A stretch of 64,000 bases of DNA from assembly GCA_013239625.1 (NCBI GenBank), contig MU056050.1:5775366-5839365 (forward strand). The letters are read 5' to 3'. Origin of the DNA: Lama guanicoe (lineage: Eukaryota). This document shows positions 24,570-37,200 of this stretch, one piece after another (the stretch's first letter is position 1; every line of letters begins with the position of its first letter). A program made the translations under genes and the position numbers. The notes below the pieces were generated by a model, which saw nothing but the letters and a program-made list of their open reading frames with translations, was not told the DNA's origin and made no database searches.

Positions 24570-27562
24570 ATGACTTTTGATGAGGTTATGTCAGCAGGAA
24601 TGCCAAAATGAGTACCTTCAAAAATGCACTCCTCTAGAAAAGCAATGAGAGCACCAGCAAAAAATTTTTTAAATCAACTTTTTGAAGACTCTGGAAATTA
24701 ATCAAATACCTGCAATGATCTTATGAGCATTCATTTAAGAAAACAATTTCAATATTGGTAAGAGCAATGAGCTATGTGACATTTTAACATCGCCTAGTCC
24801 CATACCATTTCCCCAGGTCCACAATAGCCTTGAAAACCAGCAATTTGGATTCACAATGAAAATCAGCAGCCTGACAGCCACTAGAGTTGACAGAATGGGG
24901 TTGAACCTCCTTCAAAGTCCCATTTCCAAAGAAGTGTCATTATTTGACCCATCCAATAATACTTTCTGAAATATCCCACTTGAAGTCTTCCCTTTAATTG
25001 ACCTGATTAATAAGACATCACTCCGTGTGAATAGCATTTTTCTGAGAGAGATTTGTTAAAAAACAATATTGGCAATTGTTTAGATTTAAGGCTGCTTGAT
25101 GCAATGGGTAATGGTTGGACAAGTGATAGGCTAACCAAAAATCTTAAAAGAAAAGGGTAGGGAATTACTTACTCATAGGAAGCTTTGAAAACCTCCTGCA
25201 TATTCAATGAAATCTAAAATACTGTGCACACATCCCAGTTTGTATACATGCTCACAAAATACCTAATGCCCGAAGGCTCATATGAAGACCCTGAGTCATG
25301 ACTTGTACCAGACCTTGAGGGTCTCCATAAACAGGAAGTGAAACCTAAGATAAAGTTTTAAACAGCCTGGCTGACTGTTGAAAATGTACCCCAAAAGGCA
25401 CAAAGAGCCATTCAGCCAAGACTGAGAGTCACAGAAGTTCCCGAAATTTAAGGAAATCTGTGTCCAATCATTAACTGATCACTAAGATAAATGAGCGCAA
25501 ACTTTAGTGACCATACCCAACAAAGAAAATAGTTTACAGAATTAGTTCAGAAAAGTAACAAAATCACCACAAAACACTCAGCAACAGAAACAAACCCTCA
25601 GAAGAGAGAGAATCTAATTTTCAGAGTTTACACATTATTTAAAACGTACACTCTCCAACAACAACTAATAGGACATGCAAACAAAAAAGAAAGGATGGGA
25701 AATATATAGGACAAGTCAATAGAAATTGTCCTTGAGAAAATCTAGACATTAGATTTACTAGACAAACACTTTAAACCAGCCATTATACTCATATTCAAAA
25801 ATTAAAGGAAATTATGTATAAGAAATAAAAAAGGTATGAGAACAATCTTTTACCAAATGGAAGATATTAATTAAGAGATAAAAATAAAAACTATAAAAGA
25901 AATCTAGAGCTGCAAAGTAAATAACTGAAATGAAAAATTCACCAGAAAACCTCAACAGATTTGAGCAGGCAGAATAAAGAACAGGGAACTTGAAGATAGG
26001 TCCACAGAGATTATCTGGTTTGATAAACAGAAAGAATAAAGAATGAAGAAAAATGTACTGAGTTGTGAAGACTTGTGGGACATGATCAAGCATACCAACG
26101 TATATGTAACTGGAGTCTCAGAATGAGAAGAGAAAGAAGGCAGAATATTTTAAAGAAATAATAACTCAAAAAAACTTCCCAAACTGGATATAAAACATTA
26201 ATCAACACTTTCAAGAAGCTTAGTAAACTCTATGTAGTAAAAATGCAAAGGTTTCTCCACCTAGACAAATCATAATCAAATAGATAAAAGCCAAAGATAA
26301 ATGAGAGTAACCTAAACCTGCAAGAGAGAGGCACACCTCATATGCAAGGGATCCTCAGTAAGATTAACAGATTTCTCACCAGACAACAGAGCCCTGATGA
26401 CTGAGATGAAAAGGGCACAAGACAGTAATTCAAATCCACACAAAGAAATATAAAAGCACTGATGAAATTAACTACATACGTAACTATAAAAGACTTTTTT
26501 CTCCTATCTGATTTAAAATACAACTACATAAAGGAAAAATTATAAATCTATATTGATGGTATATAATGTATAAAGATGTGGTTTTATGATAATTGCAGCA
26601 CAAAAGAGGGTATAAATAATGGAAATATATAAAAAAGTGTTTTTTTAACATACAATTGAAAGTAAATTGTATTTTTCCAAACTAGATTGTTATGTGGAAA
26701 CATATTAATTTTAATCCACAGAAAAACTGCTATAAAAATAACATTTTAAGAAATACACTAGTTAACCACTATATATAAAAATAGATAAAAACAAATTTCT
26801 TCTGTATAGCATGGGGGACTATATTCAATGTCTTGTACTAACCTTTAAAAAGAATATGAAAAAGAATATATTATGTATATGCATGACTGGGACATTTTAC
26901 TGTAAACCAGAAACTGACACACTGTAAATGACTATATTTCAACAAAAAAAAATCCAAAATAAAGTGAATCAAATTAAAAATAAAAAGAAATACACTAAAA
27001 GAAACGGTAAGGAATTAAAATGGGCTATAACAAATATATATTTAACAAAGAAGCAGGCAATAATTGAGGCTATAGAAACAAAAGACATTGACTGTAAATG
27101 GATTAAACATTCCAATCAAAAAAAAACCGATTGACAGAATCAATTATAAAATTCCAATTATATGCTGTGTACGTAAGACTCATTTTAGAGTCAAAACACA
27201 AAGAGTTTGAAAACAAAAGAATGGAAAAGATGTATCATGCAAATAACCAAAAGAAAGCTGAACTGTGTATCCTAATATGAGGTTAAAAAGGACTTCAAGA
27301 CAAAAATTGTTAATACAGACAAAGGAGGACACTTTATGATGGTGAAAGAGTCAATCCATCAAGATTTAACTATAAACATAAATGCACATGACACATGTCT
27401 CTGAAACACCTGAGGTAAAAACTGACATGACTGAAGGGAGAAATGGACAGTTCAACAATAATAGTTGGAGACTTCAATACCCCACTTTCAATAATGGCTA
27501 GCACAACTAGGTGGATGATCAATGAGGAAATAAAGTATTTGAACAACACTATCAAACAACTA
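24570..27562 (+). mobile_element. Old L1M 5' half (5' UTR, decayed ORF1, start of ORF2 endonuclease)
   Basis: 5' end aaaagcaatgagagcaccagcaaaaa...aatcaactttttgaagactctggaaattaa; A-rich ORF1-like region 25850-26400 (agatttgagcaggcagaataaagaac...gaacttgaagataggtc); endonuclease motif peptide STIIVGDFNTPLS in ORF 27443-27625. Confidence 0.85.
26761..26984 (+). mobile_element. Camelid/artiodactyl L1 3' end nested in the old L1
   Basis: accactatatataaaaatagataaaaacaaatttcttctgtatagca...gcatgactgggacattttactgtaaaccagaaactgacac...(a)n. 13-bp TSD aagaaatacacta at 26748-26760 and 26985-26997. Confidence 0.9.
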
Positions 27563-28965
27563 GAGACCAAAGCTAGAGGTATCACCCACCCTGACTTCGG
27601 ACTATATTACAATAATGAAAGCTGAGGCAGTCAAACCTGCATGGTACTGGTAGAAAAACAGAACCTAGATTAATGAGACGGAATAGGGAGCCCCAAAATA
27701 AACCCATGCACCTAAGGCTAATAAATACATAAAAGACATGACAAAGGAGGCAAGAATATACAATGGAGAGAAGACAGTCACTTCATCAACTGCTGTTGGG
27801 AAAACAGGACAGCGTCATGTAAACTGACGTTAGAACAATCCCTCACATCATTTTCAAAAATAACATTAAGATGGTTTAAAAACTTAAATAAGGCATGACA
27901 CCATTAAACTCCTAGAAAAAAACCATAAGCAAAACATTCTCAGACAAAAACTGCAGCAATATCCTCTTAGATCAGTTTCCCAAGGCAAAAAAAATAAAAA
28001 CAAACAAATGGAACACAACAAAGAAAGCCATGGACAAAACAAAAGGACACTACTGAATGGGAGAAAATATTCGCAAATGACACCAACCATAGATTAATTT
28101 CGAATATATACAAGCAGCTAGTACAACTCAATATCAAAAAAAGTCAGAATGACCATCATCAAAATATCTACAAATAATAAATGCTGGAGATGATGTGGAG
28201 AAAAGGAACCCTCCTACGCTGCTGGCAGGAATGTAAACTGGTACACCATGATAGAAGACATTATGGAGATTCTTTCAAAAACTAAAAATATAATTACCAT
28301 ATAATCAAGCAATCCCACTCCCAGGCATGTATCTGTAAAAGATAAAAACTCTAATTTAAAAAGATACATGTACAGCAATGTTCGTAGCAGCACTATTTAC
28401 ACTAGCCAAGACATGGAAGCAACCTAAATGTTCATTAACACATGAATGGATGAATATGTGGTATGTACATGTGTGTATAATGAAATATATAAGTGATCTG
28501 TGTGCATATTTATACATAATGGAATATTACTTGGTCATAAAAAAACAATGAAACATTGCCATTTGCAGCAAAATGGACGGGCCTAGAGATTATCATACTG
28601 AATGAAGTCACACAAAAACACATATTACATGATACTGCTTATATGTGGAAATGAAAAAAATACAAATGAACTTATTTATAAAACAGAAACAGACTCACAG
28701 ATATAGAAGACAAACTTATGGTTACCAAAGGGGAAGGGAGGGAGGGACAAATTAGGACTATGGGGTTAACAGATATACACCACTATATATAATATAGATA
28801 AACAGTAAGATTTACTATATAGCTCAGAGAACTATATTCAATATCTTGTAATAATCTTTAATGGAAACAATCTGAGATATATATGTATAACTGAATCACT
28901 TTGCTGTAACCTGAAACTAACACAATATCATAAATCAAGTACACTTCAAACAAACACAAAAACAC
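27563..28965 (+). mobile_element. Artiodactyl-type L1 3' portion (post-RT ORF2 plus 3' UTR)
   Basis: KARGITHPDFGLYY resembles L1 ORF2 KAGGITLPDFKLYY; 3' UTR aaacagactcacagatatagaagacaaacttatggttaccaaagggg...tgtataactgaatcactttgctgtaacctgaaactaacaca followed by an A-rich tail. Confidence 0.9.
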
Positions 28966-29394
28966 AGAACAAATGTGATACACCACCTGAGAGAGGTGGA
29001 GCCACAGAATTGATCTAACTGCTCGGCACAGTTGGAGTTATGATTTAAAGACATCTACTGAAACTTTCATGCTGGTACTAGAAGATTAAAATTCTGTTAT
29101 TAACTTGTACTCATTTGGATTAAGCATAGCTCTCTCCAAATAGGGTCTTCTAAATGTAAAGACTTTAGTTGAAGCAGTTACTAATAATAACTTAATAAAT
29201 ATTAACTTCTTATTGTAAAACCCCCTAACCTGGGTGTAGCCAGATCTAGTTCTAGCCCCAGTTCTGTCACTAACTTACTGTACTTCCTTGGCTGAGTCAT
29301 ATTATTTATACGTGCCCCAATTTCTTTACTTCTACATGAAGTTAAACTTGATGAACTCAAAAGGCACAAACATTTTCAGCTCTAATATTCTATT

Positions 29395-29625
29395 CATTAA
29401 TTTACTTATTCAGTTTAATTTTTATTAGGAGCCAGATCACACAGTCTTATAAGTTGTAGGTACACGTTTGGATATTATGTTGGTTACAATGGGATATCAT
29501 TAAGAGGTTATAACGAGGGTTATGATAGGGTCAGTTTTATATCTATAAAAACATTAATCAGGCTGCAGTGTGAAAAATGGCTTGCAGGAAGGAAAAGAAT
29601 AGGAGGGGGACACCCAATATGTAGG
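29395..29625 (-). mobile_element. L2 fragment (antisense)
   Basis: ggagccagatcacacagtcttataag...caatgggatatcattaagaggttataa...taaaacattaatcaggctgcagtgtgaaaaatgg. Confidence 0.6.
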
Positions 29626-31225
29626 CTAGAACTTACAACACACTTACTTTAGGACATTATATGCTAACCTGATAATGAAAACTGGTTAATGTAACTTTCT
29701 CTCTGAAGGGTATAACTCTTCAAGATTGCATAGGAAATTGGTAAGAACCCAAATGCTGTGACAAAATAAATTTGCATTTCATATAAGAAGAAAAGTATCT
29801 ATATTATGCACCTTATAAAGGAGTCTATTATCAGTCCATTGAGGTGCCTTTTAGAATTTGTATACATAGCTTAACACTACTCAGAAATACAAACAGAACA
29901 TTATGATGATACACAGTTTTCTGTTTCTAAATTAGTGTTAAATCTTGGACTTGGGAACAAACGAATTAGCAGTGATACAATTTATTGTTAATTTAGTAAT
30001 ATGTTAACATCCTTGACTGAAGACTAGAGCCCTCATGGTATTTATTGCTTCAATAAACATACGATTAGATGGGGAAGGAAAGATCAGCCCAGCTGGCATC
30101 TACAGATATAGTGGTCCTCAATTGTCATTAGCCAGAATTTTACCTGCTGTCAATGACATCTTCTAGGGGTAAATCTCAATTGCCTGGAAGATTCACTTTT
30201 ACAGAGTAACTCATAGCCCCAAAGTGCTTTACATTCTTATTGTAATAGCAAAAAAAAAAAACTGAATTACCACTGGCAGCAAAAATACCTACTAACAATA
30301 TTAGGCATGATTTATCTCCACAGGGGAAAAAGGGATAATAGTTCTTATTTTGTTTACCTCTCTCAATGTGGGATGAAAGTAAAAACAAGAAAACAACAGA
30401 TGGTAGCCTCTGAAGGCTTCCTACCCCACAGCTTTAAGCTTTACATCAAAAAGAAAAGGTATATACCGAATATTACTGTATGTACCTAGTTAAGAGAATC
30501 TGATGCTACAAAGATTATAAATTCTCAAATTAATTCTTCTAATTTTGCAATCATTGTGTATTTTGACATGTAAGATTTTAGCTCAAAAACTAGATAATAA
30601 GGATATGGTACTGAGACAAGTCACTCATTTTGTGGCAACTGTGTAACAGAGCTCAGTAGAAAAGCACTCCGTAGAGGCTGCTGGGCACAGCTAAAATTGC
30701 CTTTCACCACGGGTCAAGGGGCTTGATGAACTTAAACTGGGAATTTAAAGAATAAGGGAGCATGTTTGCATATATACAAAGGGCAACAAACAGCACGCTG
30801 CTTTTGAGAACAGTGCCACTAAGTGTATGTTTAAGCTGGAATGTGGCCAACAATTCTATTTGTGAGAATTAAGATGACTGTCAGTGAGTGTGTCTGACAA
30901 AAAAAAAAAATCAAGCCAAGAGAATGGTCCAATATTGAATTTACCAATTTTGTGGAAATTGCAACATGCTACAGCTATTTATTTTTGTGAAGCTGCCCAC
31001 AGGGAGAAGTTCTCAAACATTTCATATATATCTTGGAAATGACTGGTGACACTCTAAGGTTCCACAGAACAGGAACATGTACCCATGTCTTCGCTTGTGC
31101 GGTTTTGTCTGCCTGGTGATTGTTGCTACGTCAAGGCCCAGCTCACAGGTTGTCCCCTTTTTCTGAAAGTCATTGTCCCGGTTCACATTATCCTCCTCCT
31201 CAAGAAGCAAACTGATCGCCTTTGA

Positions 31226-31241
31226 ATATATATATATATAT
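31226..31241. repeat. Short (AT)n microsatellite
   Basis: aatatatatatatatat. Confidence 0.7.
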
Positions 31242-31399
31242 TCTTTCTTTCAAAAGTTTAACTTTCCCAGAAAATTTTCCATGATCAATTCTTCCCCTCC
31301 AATACCACTCAAACATCCTACAATACACCTATAAACCTACAATCATTTATATAACAAATTCTTCTGAAAGTTTGCTATTTTTTTCGATGTGGCAATAGT

Positions 31400-31765
31400 T
31401 TACTTTTCTTGCTGTATTTTCTTTTGTGAAGATGCCAAATTTTATTTATACATTTTACTATTGGCGTATAATTGAGAATCTTCCAGTTACTGATTTTTAT
31501 GCACAGTGCTGCTGTGAACAATCTAATGTATTTTTTGGTAAGCATATATTCACTTTTTTGTTGTGAATATAATTAGGAATATTATTGCTAGGTCATAGGA
31601 TAGCATATATTCAAATTAATTGTTGCTGCTAAAAGTTTACCAAAATGGTTATACCAATTTACAACTCACACAAGCAATGTAGGTACACTCCAGTTACCCC
31701 ACATCCTCACTAACACTTGTTATTATCAGGCTTTTTTCCTTAGCCATTCTGGTGGGTGGATTGCA
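31400..31765 (-). mobile_element. Old L1ME-like fragment (antisense)
   Basis: gtgctgctgtgaacaatc...taggaatattattgctaggtcatagg...ccaaaatggttataccaatttacaactc...ccacatcctcactaacacttg...tagccattctggtggg. Confidence 0.75.
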
Positions 31766-32044
31766 CTATGATAGAAAGTAGAAAGACAGGGGATATGTCC
31801 AGGACAACACAAGAAAACAGGAATGGAAATTTAACAGCACAAATTTGAAAGCAGTTATTGAAGAAAATTAAAACTGTTTCATATTTGTACCCACTGAAAT
31901 TACACTGTTTAATAAATCAGTTACAATTCCTTAGGCATTGTTCTTCCTCCCATACTGATTACACTCAAATAGAAGAAACTATACGTTTCCTACTGGCAGC
32001 TTACACAGGGCCTGACTCAGGCACTCACAGAGTGTTTGGAGTTT

Positions 32045-32190
32045 ATTGGGGTGGGGAGTTAGGTTTATCTATTAATTGGGGGGGAAATTATTAGGTTTAT
32101 TTATTTATTTTTTTAATGGAGGTACGGGGGATTGAACCCAGGACCTTGCACGTGCTAAGCACGCACTCTACCAATGAGCTATACCCTCCC
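32045..32190 (-). mobile_element. tRNA-derived SINE, Vic-1 type (antisense)
   Basis: aggtttatttatttatttttttaatggaggtacggggattgaacccaggacc...gcactctaccaatgagctataccctccc; the tail motif aggtttat occurs twice. Confidence 0.92.
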
Positions 32191-32728
32191 GCAGCGAATG
32201 AATAAATACATGCTCAAATACCTACTGATTTGAGAGACACTACATCTTAAAGCTGGAGAAAGCAAACAATGGACAAACTTCAAGGAGCAAGAGAACATTA
32301 AAGGATTCCAGAAGAAGAAAAAAAATACTGGACCCAAAAGTGACCAGCTGAAAATGAAACACACATAAAGGAGAAAATAGAGGGCTAGTTTTGAAAAAGT
32401 TGACCAAGGGGTCTACATGTAATAGCATCGCAAGGAGATCCTTGTTACCAGAGTGAGAGAAAGGTAAGTATCTTCAAGATACTGAAGACCTTTTTGGACA
32501 AAGCCTTCAAAACACCAAATCCTATGGCAATCTCTACTGGAAATATCCATGGCCCTAACCAGAGATCGTCTCAGCCAGAGAGGATTTCCAATCTTCCAAA
32601 AGAATTCAACAGACGATTTTTCCCTTCTGTTTGCTACAGAATTATTTGTCATTTTCCTTTTCAGTCAATAGCTCAAAGCCACAGTGTCACATGCCACCCA
32701 ATTCCAGGCCAGCCTGAGTCATATCAGC

Positions 32729-32881
32729 AAGCTGAGTTTGACACTGACCTTTTCGGATTCAGTATTTGACTGCTGGGCCCATCGGTGGGTCTCCTGTCTC
32801 TCTGTTTACAACTTCACTAAACTGTAAAGAGGGGACCGCCAGTCAAAATACCATGAGCTGAAAGGTCACAGCAGACAGCTT
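32729..32881. repeat. Degenerate ~155-bp inverted repeat (possible ancient palindromic element or enhancer)
   Basis: Paired blocks: aagctg/cagctt, tgaccttt/aaaggtca, gtatttgactg/cagtcaaaatac, tttaca/tgtaaa. Confidence 0.6.
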
Positions 32882-33314
32882 ACTATTTGCCAATGATTTT
32901 TAATCATTCACTCTGCAATACACCCGGGACCCTACAGTTAATTCCATTTGTTATTGACAGAAAGAATTTCACCCAGCCTTTATTTCTAGAGTTTAACAGT
33001 AACCAGAGACAAATACAATAGAATCTCACTATATTGTGGGGATTGGGGATGATTCAATTCAACAGGCTTTTCTTTACTACTTTTAACATGCCCAACAATC
33101 TGTTGATTACTCTGGGAACACAAAGAAAGCAAAAACCTTGCACCTTACTTTACTGAGTTTTGGGAAAGTATGGAGAGAGACAAGACATATCCATGTAACC
33201 CACATCATTTCAAACCCTTCATAGCCTGTGGGTATTAAATGAAGTCACCAAGGCACATTGGATAAATAAAATCTAACACTGTCTTCGAATGGAACACAAT
33301 GTATCCCTCCAAAA

Positions 33315-33533
33315 CAGGGTTTCTCAGTGTCAGTCCTACTGACGTTTGGGGCCAGATTGTCTATCATTGCGGAGAGGTGTCCTGCACATTGCAGGACATT
33401 GAGCAGCATTCCCTAGCCTCTGCCCACTGCATGCCAGTAGCACTCCACTCACCAGTTCTGACACCAGAAAAGCTTCAGGTACTGTCAAATATTTCCTGGG
33501 GGGCAAAAGCACCCCTGGATAAGGAACATTGCT
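33315..33533 (+). mobile_element. MER20 (hAT-Charlie MITE)
   Basis: cagggtttctcagtgtcagtcctactgacgtttggggccagat...tgtcctgcacattgcaggac...agcagcattccctagcctctgcccactgcatgccagtagcac...ggggcaaaagcacccctggataaggaacattg. Confidence 0.88.
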
Positions 33534-33684
33534 CTAAAAATGAAATAGATTTAGATTCTTGACATATTATTAGTGGAAACTGAAAGCTGCAGAAAACTCG
33601 CATTCATATATAGATACATATTTTATACATATATGAGGATGAATGGATGAAAGAGCCTTATGCATCTTACACTTGTAGAAAATT

Positions 33685-33750
33685 CATTCATATATACATA
33701 TATATACACATAATATATGTATATACATATATGTGTATATACACACATGT
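33685..33750. repeat. (TA)/(CA) compound microsatellite
   Basis: catatatatacatatatatacacataatatatgtatatacatatatgtgtatatacacacatgt. Confidence 0.75.
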
Positions 33751-33814
33751 AAAAATCTCTATCGTGAACTTTTCACTAATATATATTATGTATGTATAGT
33801 ATAGAAAATCTAGA

Positions 33815-34118
33815 CAAATGACTCTCAACCCTGTCTATACCTTATAATTACTAGAGGAGTCACGAAAGCAATCTTTGGGAGTAAGACCTGGGCTCTGGGT
33901 TTTTTTGTTTTTCTTTTCAAAGTTCCTCTAGTGATTCTACTATTATTCAGCCAGGATTGATAACAATCCAGAGGGCTTGTTAAACACAAATAGCAGAGCC
34001 TTACCTCCAGAGTTTCTGAATCAGTAGGTCTGAGGTGAGGCCAGATAATCTGCATTTCTAACAAGTTCCCAGGTGACTCCTAAGGTGCTGGTCCAGGAAC
34101 CACACTGAGAACCAGGGC
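33815..34118. mobile_element. Adjacent MER5-family hAT MITEs (MER5B/A1-like then MER5A)
   Basis: gggcttgttaaacacaaat...cctccagagtttctgaatcagtaggtctgaggtgaggcc...atctgcatttctaacaagttcccaggtga...ggtccaggaaccacactgagaacca is MER5A. The upstream ctctcaaccctgtctatac...cagccaggattgataac is a second MER5-like copy. Confidence 0.82.
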
Positions 34119-34249
34119 TCTAGAAGTGGGTGCCCCAAATTATTGATGGTGCTCTTTTTCTCTCTTAAATGGAATCATAGGTCAGAGGAACAGGGAAAGT
34201 TCTAATCCTAAACTTTAAGTCTTCTATGTTGCTTGTATGTTTATTATAG

Positions 34250-34625
34250 GTGTGTAGTTATAAGGCTTTTAAATCGCCAAGAGCACATTGCCATTATTTG
34301 AAGTCCCATTTATGTTCCTTCCAAATTTCCACCCCAGTCCTTTCACCAAAGATATTTACTACCCTGAATATTTTGTTAATCATTTTCTCACTTTTTAAAA
34401 GTAGTTTTATCACCTATACCTGTATCCCCAAATAATGCATTGACTAAGTTTGGCTATTTAAAAAAAAAATCCTGAAACTAAAATTACACTATCTGTACTG
34501 ATCTATGACATGGTATTTTTTGGCAATCACCGTAATTTTTAGATTTGCCTATGTTGGCGTGTATAGCTGTGGCTTACTCATGTTCATTCACTGCATTATT
34601 TTCCCCAATGTACTTATAACTGTAG
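34250..34625 (-). mobile_element. Old L1ME-like 3' UTR fragment
   Basis: ctaccctgaatattttgttaatcattttctcactttttaaaagtagttttatcacctatacctgtatccccaaataa...atgttggcgtgtatagctgtgg...ttcattcactgc. Confidence 0.6.
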
Positions 34626-35769
34626 TATGTACAGTCATATTATTTCCAGTTTTTCTCCATACATACATGTTTGTATTTACTGGTATTTGCCTCTTTCATC
34701 CCTTCACTTTCAAGTAGAAAGCACAGAATGCATCAGAGGACAAGTGATTATTTCAAGTCATATAGCAAGTTTGTGTCTGAGCTGAGAATAGAACGCAAAT
34801 CCAGTCATCTGTTCAGTATACCAACCCTGACACTCTGAGAACAGGCCTGTGAAGGAGATTCAGGACAGAAATCTCTGATAGGTGGAGGAGGAGGAGGATA
34901 AAGTAATGGGCCTTCTGAACAGGAAGTCAGCCAGTACTGCTCAGGCCCAGAAGGCCATGCCCTGGGGTGATGTTGGCATCACTGACGGAAGATCTCAGGG
35001 CTCCCATCCACGACTGAGGTTATCAACCCCAGGGTTGTACCAGGTTAGATTGGTCATTGAAAGACCAAGCTTTCTCATGGGGTAGTTCCCAGCTATAGAG
35101 TAACCTGCCAGCCACCTTGATGGGGGCTTCCAGAAGGCATTGTTTCAAAGCAGGCACCATAGCACTGGCTGAAAATACCTCAGTTAGATTATCATGCTTT
35201 TAATTAGCCGTGCATGATGGCAATCAATTAAGGGTGGCATAAAAGCCAATAGAAATAATGCAGCTCTCATTAGGGATTTCTCATTTGTTATATGAGCGTG
35301 TCTACTGGATGAGTTCCCATTAAAACAAACTGGGGCCTATTATTTAAGCCATTTCAGGAGAGTGCTAGGTTATCTTTCCATTTGACATTTATTGTACCTG
35401 GCATAAAGGTTAAAAACAATTATGTTCACTTGGAATATTTATTATCTTATGAGATTCAAGTAGGGCCATTATGTTTGTTTCTTCTCCTTATCAAAGCTGG
35501 TCAAGGGGAGACTTTTTAATAAGCTTGAGCTAAATATTAAGGAAATTTTCCCTTTAATGCACTCAGAGATAAACCTGCAAACAGTGACGCTCTGAGACGT
35601 CTCATTTATTCTTTGCACACTGCTGCCGGCCGCTCCCTGTGCTTTGGGCAGCTTCCATTGTCTCAAAGAGTCATTCTCAGCATCCCCAGGGAGGCACAGT
35701 CAAATTAGTGGAAAGAACACTGGACTGGGAGATGGGGGTGCTGGTTGAAGCCCTTCTTCCACCAACTTC

Positions 35770-37135
35770 CTGTCTAACTTTGACAACTCCATTTCTCCCA
35801 TTGCTCAGGCCAGAAACTCTGACTCATTTCTTTCTCTTATATCCTACATTCAAACCTTCAGTCAGTCTTGTTTGGTTCTATCTTCAGAATAAATCCAGAA
35901 TTTGATCACTTATCTCTTCCACTAAAATGGTCCATCAAGCCAATGTCATCTCTAGCCTGGATGAGTATCATAGCTGCCTACCTGGTTAAATCACTTAGGG
36001 CTCTCCAGAGAAACAGAACCAACAGGGAATATATAAGATATACAGAAAGAGATGTATTATGACTGATCAGATCACACAATTATGGAAGCTGAGAAGTCCC
36101 CCAGTCTGCCGTCTGCAAGCTGGAGGCCAGAAAAGCTGGTGGTGTAATTCAGGTCCAAGCCTGAAGACCCAAAAACAAGGAGGTAGGTGGTGCAAGTCTC
36201 AGGTCAGATTTGAAGGAATGAGAATCAGCAGTGTCAATGCTGAGGGCAGGAGAAGATGGATGTCTTACCTCTAGCAGAGTGAATTTGCCCTTCCTCTGCC
36301 TTTTGGTTCTGTTCTGGCGTCAATGGATTGGATGATTCCCACCTGTATCGATGAGGATTATTTTCTTTACTTGGTCTACCAATTCAAATGCTGATCTCTT
36401 CCAGAGACACCTTCCCAAATACATCCATAAATAATGTTTTACCACCTCTCTGGGCATCCCTTAGCCCAGTCAACTTGACATAAAATAAACCATCACACTG
36501 ATCTTATGTTTTCATGCTCACTTCCCTCAACTCCACGCAATGGACTATCTCCAACAGTGGAGTCAAAATCTAAATCCAAGTCATATCACACCACTTCTCT
36601 GCTCAGAATTTGCAATGGTTTCTCATCTCACTCATAGGCTTCCCAATGGCATTGTAAACCCTATGGCATCTGGAACCCCATTACCTCACTTCCTTCATCT
36701 CCTACTATCCTCCCCCATCACTAACTTTTCACCAGACAAGCTGGCCTTCTTGCTGTTGCTAGAACATGTCTGACTCAGGGATTTGGATGAACAGTTCCTT
36801 CTGCCTGGGAAGATTTTTCTCCTGGATGTCCCCAAGGCTCACCCCCCACCTTCTTCAAGTTTTTTCTTTTAAAATCTTAACTTCTCAACAAAGCCTAATC
36901 TCTTGACCCTATTTAAAGTTTCACCACTTGCAAGCCCACACTCCGGATTCCCCTTTAACCCACTGTCCTTTTGTTAGTCTTTTTCTGGGGCATTATCAGT
37001 TGGTAACATTAGCATAATGTTAGGAAAATTGTTACTACAATTAGGACAACGTTTTTCACCTGTTTTCATTGATTTATCGCAAGCGCCTTCAGTCGTGCCC
37101 AACAGAGTAGGGACTCAATAGTTATTAGCCTGATT
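35770..37135 (+). mobile_element. L2 (3' ~1 kb) interrupted by an MLT2 LTR
   Basis: ccattgctcaggccagaaactc...tatcttcagaataaatccagaatttgatcact...tggccttcttgctgttgctagaacatg...ttccttctgcctgggaag...agtagggactcaata. Confidence 0.82.
35985..36497 (-). mobile_element. MLT2-family (ERVL) solo LTR
   Basis: agggctctccagagaaacagaaccaacagg...atggaagctgagaagtccc...tctgcaagctggag...ctgggcatcccttagcccagtcaacttgacataaaataaaccatcaca is the reverse complement of the MLT2 LTR (TGTGATGGTT...). Confidence 0.9.
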
Positions 37136-37200
37136 TAATAATATTTCTCTAATTTAAACTACACTTTCTCCACTTATATAATGATATGGTCGAACAGGTC

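Noticed and set aside
31022..31210. ORF with an acidic start (LLEEEDNV...)
   Set aside because: Looks L2-like on the minus strand (ggaggaggat...gagctgggccttga); no credible splice context.
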